NCBI RefSeq assembly: GCF_006345805.1 | Contig: NC_043002.1 | Coordinates: 75,020,001 to 75,084,000, forward strand | From: Octopus sinensis | Taxonomy: Eukaryota | Direction of reading: 5' to 3' | Length of the DNA: 64,000 nucleotides | Shown here: positions 38,103 through 48,460 of the stretch, one piece after another | Numbering within the stretch: the stretch's first letter is position 1 | Layout: the number at the start of each line of letters is the position of its first letter | Notes under the pieces: model-generated | Told to the model about the DNA's origin: nothing | Databases searched by the model: none | What the model saw: the letters and a program-made list of their open reading frames with translations, nothing else | Program-made: the position numbers and the translations under genes

Positions 38103-38495
38103 AAATAAGGATAAACACAAGTTTTTATAATAGTTCTTGTTGTGCACATTTTCACCATTATGGATGTTTGGAGCCCTGTAGTAAGGTGTTCCATTTGTGA
38201 TAGTCATCTGTAAGTTAATGCAATGAAGTGTTCCTTGATGATCTAACTGTATTTGAGCATCAAAAAGTACTTGGAACACCTGCAGCAGGGCTCCAAACAG
38301 CCATAAAGATGAAACACACATAGGAACTATAATACAAACTTGTGTTTATCCTTATTTTTCCTACATTGCTCTGTAGTTCATAACTGGTAATACCTCTCAG
38401 TATAGGAGTTAGTTAGTAACTATATTGGAAGTAGCCTGGATCATGATAATCCATATGGAGCTCTAAACATAACAGTGGCAGTTATAATCTATTTA
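38103..38495 (+). mobile_element. Fold-back element with decayed hammerhead motif and 3' tail (PLE pLTR-like)
   Basis: Imperfect inverted arms 38103-~38193 / ~38272-38357 with a perfect terminal 22 bp AAATAAGGATAAACACAAGTTT. GTTCC-TTGATGA...GAAAC-ACAC-ATA-GGAAC at 38230-38327. Right boundary approximate. Confidence 0.65.
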
Positions 38496-38987
38496 TATAC
38501 ACAATTTCTTTTATTCACACACACACACACACACATGTATGTATGTATGTATGTATGTATGTATGTATGTATGTATGTATGTATATAAGTATGTATGTAT
38601 TCCTTGAGCATTAAGGCAACAAACCTGCCAAATGTGGGTTTGTTTAAGATAGTTTCCCCCCATTATTTGAGGAAGTTGTTGTTGTTAGTGGTGGTAGTGG
38701 TGGTAGGGATGTAAGCTGTATCAGCAATGTGCATGATGATGGCAGTAGCAAGAAGGAGGAGGAGTTGGAGAAATAATTTGATTTCCAACATCTTTCAACA
38801 GTCAAGCTGATCACCAGGCGGTAGTAAATAATGGGAATTTTCAACCCATGGAAGTTCATTGTTGAAAACTACACCTGTTGCTGAATAAGAGTTATGTTTC
38901 TCCCACCCGTTTTCACCACCATTATTAAAACAGAGAGAAAGGCTAGAATACAACATTGGACCAACCACATTCACTCACACATACACA

Positions 38988-39024
<37 letters not shown>

Positions 39025-39064
39025 CACAATTTGTGAAATGCACCGAACTTTTCAAAATTCACAG

Positions 39065-39129
39065 CTTGTACCTCTAAATCTCTCTCGGGACACCTCCCAA
39101 AGTGCAACGAGTTTTAAGGCAAAGAAAGG
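39065..39129 (+). other. Candidate 65-nt cassette exon
   Basis: Acceptor TTCACAG, donor GG|GTAAGG, retained CpGs and downstream G-runs (39134-39160). Open in phase 0 (LVPLNLSRDTSQSATSFKAKK), stop in phase 1. Confidence 0.3.
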
Positions 39130-39638
39130 GTAAGGGAGGTCTGGGGTGGGAGTTGGAGGTCCGAAGGTTGCAATACATGGAGCAACTGGCTTAGTGGGAA
39201 TGAGCTTGATATTATAGAAAAGAAAAAGAAAAAAGAAAATACAAAGGAAAAGGGGAAAAAAAAGGTCTAGTAACACCCCATGAAGCTGTTAAATAGATGC
39301 TGTTCGACAGTCTTCAAAGTAATGTTTCATCAGAGTGTATGAACCCAAACTGTCAAACTTCTCTCTCTTGTAATTGTAAATATTTATCACTCTATATGCT
39401 TCTTGCTGTTATCTACTGCTCCCCGCCATCGCTGGTAGTGGAATGGTGGAATGTACGAAACTCTTTTCAAGCATCTGCACTGTCAAATGCATTTACCTTG
39501 AGACCTGATGGAATTTCTCATTTGAGCCGAAGTGCTGAAGGAAATGGTGTTTGAATATGTGATTTATAGAAGTGCTGAGACAATTCAAGTGGCAACACAG
39601 TAATTTGATATGAATTCTTGGTGGTAGTTTCTTATATT

Positions 39639-39677
<39 letters not shown>

Positions 39678-40751
39678 TTGTGTTAAACATTTTCCTCTCT
39701 CTATCACCATCCTCCTTTCTGCTATCACACATTCTCTCTCCTTCATATTTTCATTCTCAGTTTCCCTCTGTTTCATAGTTTCTCTTGTCCTTCTCTTCTG
39801 ACATCTCTCTCTCTCTCTCAAACATTTTCTGTATTTGTATCATACCTACCTCTCTCTGCCACTCACACACAACCTGTATCATCTCTTTCTGTACTTACCA
39901 TTCCTTAATGCATACAACTTCTCCCTACTTCTGATTCTCACGTTATCTCTCTCTCCCCCTCCCTTTCCTTCTCTCTTTCTCTCTCTCTCACTCACACTCA
40001 CAAGCTCACACACACACAAAGCTGTTTCTATCTCTTTCACATACAATCTCTCCCTGTTTCTCTCCTCTGACAATCACTATTTCTCACTCATATACAGTTG
40101 CTCTCTCTCTCTCTCTCATTCTTTCACAATTTCTGTGTATCATTCTTTCTCTCTCTCACTTTGTTTTCTTCTCTCACAGTATTTCTCCTTGTTTCTCTCT
40201 CACATACAATCTCTCTGTCTATCACACATACACTCTCTCTCTCTCTCTCCATTTAATTCTCACAAACAATTTCTCTCCCTCACCCACACTTACATACACT
40301 TTCTCCCTTTTCCCCCCTACTCCCCCCCCATTCTTCTATTTGTGCTGCTTATATCTATGTACACCTAATACAATAATCAGTCAATAAAATGACATAACCT
40401 GTATTCACCTGTATATACCGTGTTGTTTGTCCAGTTATGGAAATAGTTATTTGCATAGTAGGTGGTTCTTGCAATGTGTTCTGGTTGCTAACCTGTACAC
40501 ACTGGAATGCTCACATGCATTTACATGAATATTTGCACTCAGTATCTTCTGCATGCACAATAAAACTGAACTTTATGCCACGCCATCGCATTATTCATTC
40601 CCTTTTGTCACTCATGAAAAATTAATTTTGTTTATGAAGTTTAATTTGTGTGCATGTGCTTGTGTGCTTGATTGTATGTGCAGGTATGTGTGCTTACCTG
40701 TATGTGCATGCACAAATGGGTGTGAGGGAGAATAGAGAGATCATATTATAT

Positions 40752-40797
<46 letters not shown>

Positions 40798-40812
40798 TAT
40801 ATATATATATAT

Positions 40813-41095
40813 CTGAGAATACTTCTCTTCTTGCATATGTATATGTGCACTTGTATGTATATTAATGCATTGCATATGTGTTTATTTTTAAATGTGTGTG
40901 TGTACATATGTGAGACTACTTCTCTTCTTGTTTATGTATATGACCACGTGTATGTATATTATGCATTGCATGTGTGTTTATATGTAAATGTGTATGTGTG
41001 TGTATATATATATATGTGTGTGTGTGTGTGTGAGAATACTTCTCTTCTTGTTCATGCGTATGACCAGTTGTATGTATATTATGTGTATGTGTGTT

Positions 41096-41100
<5 letters not shown>
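40813..41100. repeat. Three-copy ~100-120-bp minisatellite
   Basis: TGAGA(A/C)TACTTCTCTTCTTG recurs at ~40813, 40910 and 41031 with similar downstream sequence. Confidence 0.85.
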
Positions 41101-41132
<32 letters not shown>

Positions 41133-41779
41133 ATATATATGAATGTATGTGTATATCTGTGTATATGAATAAAAGACTCTATGCTTGTATCTGAGCACAC
41201 ATCCTTCGGTTATATATACATGCACTCACTTTTTGTTTGTGTGTTCATGTCTGTGTGCGCATCTGTGTGTCAATGTGTCCATATGAAGATTCCCTAGAAC
41301 ACATTATCTTTGCAAATAAGATTAACTTCTCGTGTGATATTTCCTGCCTGTATTTGTTTCCCTTCATTTCTCTTTCATCAAAATAGTTAGTCTTTCATTA
41401 TATATGGAACTCCTTTATTAATGACATAACAGAATGCTTGTCATTTTAGTGCTCATAAATCTTACCTATGGTTATTGTTTTGCTTTTTTGTCCCCCCACT
41501 TCCCATTTCCTCGTGTATTGTTGATAGTAATGTTGTTGTTGTTGTTGTTAATAATTTTTACTGTAGTTATTATTACAAAATAAAGAAATCAAGAAAACAT
41601 CATCGTTAGCATTATTCTGATGTTTTGGTAAATCTTTTAACTACTTGTTTGCTTGCTTGTGTGTATATATTTGTGTTTGTTTGTCTTCTGTGCGTGTGCT
41701 GCAGAGAGAGAGAGAGAGAGTTGTAAATTGGAAATGTGGATATTTAAATTGGATATGTTATACTGAAAAACTAAATGCA

Positions 41780-41781
41780 TG

Positions 41782-41851
<70 letters not shown>

Positions 41852-41891
41852 GTATTTGGTGCGAGCACATATATATATATTTATGTGCATA

Positions 41892-41949
<58 letters not shown>

Positions 41950-42064
41950 TTATATTTATGCATGTATATTTATATGTATGTATGTATATATATGTATATA
42001 TATATATGTGTATATATGTATGTATGTATGTATATATATGTGTGTATATATATGTATGTGTATG

Positions 42065-42096
<32 letters not shown>

Positions 42097-42295
42097 ATAT
42101 ATGTGTATGTGTATGTATATATGTATGTGTATGTATGTATATATATATATATATGTGTATATATATATATATTGTGTATATATATATATATATATGTGTA
42201 TATATATATATATATGTGTATATATATATATATATGTGTATATATGTATGTATGTATATATATATATGTGTATATATTATATATGTATGTATATA

Positions 42296-42334
<39 letters not shown>

Positions 42335-42599
42335 ATATATATGTATGTATGTATATATATATGTATGTATGTATATATATATATGTATGTATATATTATA
42401 TATGTATGTATATATATATGTATATATATATATATATATATGTATGTATATATATATATGTATGTATATATATATATGTATGTATATATATATATGTATG
42501 TATATATATATATGTATGTATATATGTATATATATATGTATGTATATATATATGTATATATATATGTATGTATATATATATGTATGTATATATATGTAT

Positions 42600-42633
<34 letters not shown>
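41780..42633. repeat. ~850-bp (TA)n/(TATG)n microsatellite
   Basis: Directly visible; source of the 289-, 253- and 191-aa Y/I/M/V/C pseudo-ORFs. Confidence 0.97.
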
Positions 42634-42634
<1 letters not shown>

Positions 42635-44644
42635 TGTGGTACATTTGATTTAGGAATTGTGGACTTTCTGTTTTGATTTTCTTTTTTTTTTCTAGAAAAT
42701 ATTTGTTGTTAAATAACAACCTTGCAGCAAAAATCAAAAAGAAATAAATACGTAAAAAAGATTAAATGCTTTTAATTTGTTCTTTCTCCACCCACCCCTC
42801 AATGATAATTTACTTTTTGCTGATCTACATCTTGAGAGTTTATTGCAAAACATAAGTTGGCACAGAAATGTTTAGGGGCCCTATATTGGCTTTGCTTATC
42901 AATTTAAGAATTGTGCAACTAAATATATTAGAGGGTTTGCTAATCTGTTTCTCCTTATTCTCTCCTTTTTTCTTTTCTTTCCCTTCCTCGTGACTGCTGC
43001 TGTTACGGCTACTACTACTACTACTACAACAACAACAGCAGCAGTAACAACAACAACAACAACAACTCTGTGCTGTCAAAAATGACTGCCATTTCTATTC
43101 AAGCTTCAGTTTGAATTTCCGATTCCTTGGATGAATTTTTCCCTATAGTTATAATAAAAAACAAACACTAACAAAACCCTAACTCTCCCCACTTCACCCC
43201 CCCCCCCCCCCGATTTTTTTTAAATATTATCTTTGTTTTAATCTTGTACTTTCTTTCCATTAGTGATGTAAAAAAATTCACCAATTATTGTGACTATTGT
43301 ATGAAAATATATTGAAATTTCTTTTAGAATTTTCTTTTTGTTTGTATAGAAATATAAATATCTTATTTAGTTAAAGTTGAATTACAAAAAAAAAAAAAAA
43401 AAACTCAAAGCAAAAACTAGAAAAGCTAAAAAAAAACTTTGCATGGCAGGATTATTTTTCCCTGCTAGACGATATAATATCAGTCTTTCTTTTGCTGGGA
43501 CTTTACCCAAGAGCATACAGATACACCATGTATACTATTATATGAAATCATTTATAAAAGCAATCATGCTCAGCATTAGTACTAATACTTCAGAATCATT
43601 ATTACACTGAATTATTTACATTCCTTCTTTGAATTGGTAAAATGCATGTACCAGTAATGTACTGAAGTCAAAGTTTGCAACTAAGCTCTTGTCTGTATGT
43701 GTATTTAATATATACATACATAGATGCTTTGTCTCAGTTGACCATGCGCACATCACTGCTTCTCCAGAGTGTTCCGATTAAAATGTCATGCATTGCTCCT
43801 GTTTTTCTTCAGCTTTATATTTCACATTGCTTTTCTTTGTCTGCCTATCTGTCACTCTCACAAACACTCTCTATCTCTCCCCCTTGTCTTTCTCTCTATT
43901 ATGTCTTTCTCACTTTCTTACATATCTCTTAATCACTTTTGTGTTCTCCCCTCTTTCCCTCTTACTTATGCTTTTGTTTCTGTCTTTCCTGCTACGTATT
44001 CTTCCAATCTCTCCCTCCACTCATTTCTAACTCTTTTTCTTTCTTCTGTGCTTGCTTCTCTCTCCTTCTCTCTCTCTCTCTCTCTCGTTTGCTGTTGAAA
44101 AATAACTCTTCACATTGTAAAGACTTCTGCTATCTACTGAAGTAAACCTTCAGTCAGGATATTAAGGCTGTACTCTTGACATTCCCAGGAACTGCGTATC
44201 TCATTTTGACAGCTAACAATTTTTGAAGCTATATTGTAATAAGTTTTTGATCTATTACATCCTGTAGGGCATTGAAAAATGCCTTTAGGTTTCTCACATG
44301 ATGTCTTTGGTGTTAATTTCAATGTTAAGAACATGATTAAACTTTTCAAATACATTTTATTTTAAATTTAAAATGTATGAAGAAGTGGCAATAAATAAAT
44401 AAAGATACAAACAAGCAAAATGCATTGCGATTGAAGAGAAAACACAAGTATTTGTTTGTTGACATGAAATTTTTGTTAGAAGTCTTTTAGAAGATTATAT
44501 AGATTACATCTTAAGAAAAATATGATAGAATTTAATAATTTTATTAGCCTTAAGAGAAAATATTCCTAGCTTTGCTTTGAAGCAAAAGTTTGTATTGTAC
44601 AACCCTCGGGTGGAACATGTAGGTGCATATGACAAAGAGAAAAG

Positions 44645-44677
44645 GATTGCAATTTCAACTTTGTTGGGTTTCATCAG
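44645..44677 (-). ncRNA. Isolated minimal hammerhead-like core (stem I not supported)
   Basis: Reverse complement CTGATGA-AAC-CCAACAAA-GTT-GAAA-TTGCAATC: intact core, 3-bp stem II, palindromic ATTGCAAT stem III, AUC triplet. Flanks pair poorly. Confidence 0.4.
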
Positions 44678-45476
44678 ATTAAGTTTGAAGTATACATATT
44701 CTCTTGGTTAATACACTGTCCCTTTTGCATTTACATTGTCATCATCATTTAAAGTCCACTTCTCCATGCTTGCATGAGCCAGACATATAGATTTTTTAGT
44801 TTTGTTGTTTTCATTTTGATATGTTTTTTATGTTGCCTTTTGCTATTTTGCTGTGAATGCCTTTTGATACTGTTTTGCTTATGTTAAAAAAACGTCGTTA
44901 TCAAAAGATGCAAGAATACTTATTCTACCAAAGAAATGGCACCATGCGTGTGCACACACACACACCACACATTATAGCCATTGTTGGGAATCGAGAGAGA
45001 TTTGATATCATTCAGTGTATTCTTCTTAATTGTTTTAGGTTCCTATGTGCTTGGGAGTCGGCATAGGTGCCCTCTTACCTCTCTCACCCTTGATCCAGCA
45101 GGACATCGAGGATGTGACAGCTGGAGGGAGAGCTGGCTACATCAGTACACGGTAGATACTCATTTCAGCTGAGTAGATGGGAGCAACATAAAATGAAGTG
45201 TGTTATGCAAAGACTCAGTCACCTTGTGATCATATGTGTATGCTTGAGGAACCTCCATGGCAACATGCATATCAGTCAGTATTCAGAATAACTCATCTGG
45301 TATGAAGATGATGATCTTTCTAGATTGTTATAAGCCCCCTGCACGCGCGCACGCGCACACACACACACACAGTTAGCCTTAATAAATTTTGATTACAATT
45401 TATTCATAGTTACTATGTGTGACAGACAGTTTTCATCATAGATCAATTTACCAAATCAACACCTGATTTGCTTTGG

Positions 45477-45514
<38 letters not shown>

Positions 45515-46817
45515 ACACACACCCCTCTCTCTCTCTCTGAAAAAGCATGGAGCTAACTAAAGAGACACTACAATATCAATATTAGGTTCTATCATTTCTA
45601 TATTTTTTGTAGGTATTATAACATCAAAACTTCTTATAGAAGTTTAGATATATTTTTTTAAATACTTTTTCTTAAAGCTATTTTATGGTTACAGCCATTG
45701 GATCCTGACCATACTGAGGCACCACATTATAAGTTCTTAGTTGAGTATATTGGCAACAATATTCATATTCTCATGCTTACTTTATAAGTCTCTCTTTATT
45801 GAATGAGTCAGTTAACTTTTTGGGATAAAGGGACACAATTAATCTTACCTGTGCATGAAGACATGCACGTGTATGTGTGTTTGTGTGTGCACACGTTTTG
45901 TCTTTGTATCGACATCAGTTTGACAATGTGTTGTTGTTTATGTCTCCCATAAACAAAATGTCTGATAGCGGTGAGAAATATGAATATGTTGGGCTAAGGT
46001 GTCTCAGTTGAAAACAAATAAGGTTTGTGTCAGGAAGGGCATCTGGTCATAGAATATTGCCTCAGGAAGAGTACTGTCCAGACAATGCTAGCATGGAAAA
46101 AGCAGATGTAAAAATGAGGATGACAATAACAGCTTCCCCACCTTCACAAATTGTGTGAGCTTTCTGCCGCTTTTTGGTTCACAAAGCAACGATCAAACCA
46201 AGCCTTATGGTAAAAGACTCTGACCCAAAGTGCCATGCTTTGTGATCAAACCAAGAACAATTTAAATGAAACCTTCTTAAGCTCATTGTTTATACTTAGA
46301 TATTTAATTCTTCACTTTGATGTTACATGATTTTATAACTGCCTTAATCCATTATATTATTTCTGCCACATTTCATTGAATATATTTTCTATCTTCTGTC
46401 AGGTGTTATATTTCTCATTTATAATGTATTATTTCCATTAGATTATCACCGGATCCGTAATCCTTTATGTCAGTTCATAGATGCTAAGGATCTTATCCAC
46501 TAGGCCATAGTTCTGTAAGAATGTTAAACCTAGAATTTCAAAAAAGATGTAAGAAGTTCTTAGCTGAAAGAAACTTTTGTTAATGTTACTGAAAGAGACA
46601 GAATATAGAGGGTACATGGCATTAGTACCTTGTGATGATGTTGATGTAGTGGCAGTAGAAATGGTGAGAGATTACGACGCAGCTGTATGGTAGAGATAAG
46701 GTGTCAAAGAAAACAAAGGTATCAGAACTGATGAACATTTTAAAACCATAAATATATATGTGTGTGTGTGTATGTATATATATCTACATCTCTCTCTCTC
46801 TTTATATATATATATAA

Positions 46818-48460
46818 ATTTTTTTTTTTTTATATAGTTTCAGCTCAGAGCTGTGGCCATGCTGGAGCATTGCCGTTTTGCTACACTGTTATTACTGAGA
46901 TTCCCCTCTTATATGTGGCACTTGGTGTAGAATGAAGTTGATGTAGCTACCCTCATTTGCACCTCTTGCTGTGAGGTGGGTTCGTCTGGGGCTCTCGACA
47001 GGAAGAGGTCCAGCCTTGATTTAAAAACACCTATATCTACTTTGTGCAGGTTCCTCAGACTCTTTGGGGGGGATATTAAGAAGTTGTGGGCCCCTGAAGC
47101 ACGATGGCATTGCTGGGATCTTTGCCACTGTGCAGTGTCGATCCATTCTGGCATTGGTGTAACTTTCAATGCCAAAATTTGGCACAATTCCTTCCAGGAT
47201 CTTCCAGATGTATATTGCTGCATACCTCCCCCGCCTTTGCGCCAGGGAGTAGAGTGTTAGCTGTTTCAGCCTTTCCCAGTGGCTGAGCTGTTGCAAAGAG
47301 ATGATCTTCTTTGTGAAGCTTCACTGTTAATTTTACACTGTTGGGTGACCCTAGCTGGGAGCAGTAATCCAGGTGGCTGAGGACAAATGCCTCTATAGGA
47401 CCATCAGGGTTTCCTTATCTCTGGTTCTGAATATTCTCATGATCCATCCAGCCAGTCATTTGCACTTTGTCACCATCCTGGTAATGTGCACTTGGAAAGC
47501 GGTATCATCACTCATGTCAATACCCAGATTCCTTACTGATTTAGGCTCTGGGATTGAAATTCCCTGTGGACTAGTGTACCGTGTAAGTTTCATATTCAGT
47601 TTTGGACGCTGGTAGTGCAGGGCTTGGAATTTTTCAGCATTAAACTACATATTATTATCCTCAGCCCATCTGTAAATTGAATCCAACTCCTGATGCAGAT
47701 GTGCAACATCGTTGGGGTTCTGTATTTTCGGCGATACTTTTGTATCGTCTGCGTAGCTTGCAAGGGTGGCTATCCAGGTTCTTGAGGGCATATCAGAGAG
47801 TGCCACTATAAAAAGCAGTGGTCCCAAGACAGTGCCTTGTGGAACACTGCTCACTATTTGTGTTTTCATAGAGGTGGCTCCATTAGCCACTGCTGCTTGA
47901 CTTCTATCTTTCAGAAAGTCATGTAACCACCCTCCAAGTATTTCTTCAAGGAATGTGATTAGTTTCCCTCTGACTATCCGTTCCATGACTTTGCTGATGT
48001 GTGAAGTCAGACAGATAGGCTTATAGTTTTTCACATCTGCTCTGCTTCCCCCTTTATGGATTGGGCATATTATTCCCTCCTTCAGTTTGCTTGGCAGTCT
48101 GCCATTTGCAAGAAAGCTCTGGAAGAGAATCTGGAGGGGTTTTGCCAGGGCATGCTTGCATGATTTGAGGATTGCTGGGAAACCATCAGGACCAGCAGTT
48201 GAGTTTGTGTCTACTTCATCTATGGCTAGTAGTATATCTTCTTCACTAATGTCGATGTATTCCATTGTAACTGCCTCGCTGGTTATAGGTGAGGCAGCAA
48301 TAAGTCCACTGGTTTGTTTACTTGTCTGTGTTCCAACGGGGTGGTAAAGACACTTTTTACCACCTCACTGATCCTTGTTAGACTGTCTGTGAGGGAGCCA
48401 TCCTTTTGGAGGTGGGGGGGTCATATCTTGCAGCGTACTGAGGCTGTTTCTTATGCCTCA
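46818..48460 (-). mobile_element. 5'-truncated, decayed CR1-group LINE with reverse transcriptase relic
   Basis: ORF 47645-48265 contains AGPDG, PIHKGG, NYKPICLTS, VPQGTVLGPLLF and YADDTK. An in-frame deletion near 47940 removes the QHGF...DFAKAFD region. Downstream frames give C-terminal motifs (ERLKQLTLYSL; FKSRLDLFL..PDEP). A-rich tail at 46818-46831. Confidence 0.93.

Noticed and set aside
40813-41100. Repeat-spacer pattern resembling a CRISPR array
   Set aside because: Eukaryotic context; the spacers are homologous to each other and no cas genes are present. It is a minisatellite.
41779-42676. Longest ORFs in the track (289, 253 and 191 aa)
   Set aside because: Pure translations of (TA)n/(TATG)n, which lack stop codons in those frames.
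42990-43066. CTA/CAA/CAG triplets suggesting a polyQ exon
   Set aside because: No flanking splice sites or extended frame; compound microsatellite in UTR-like sequence.
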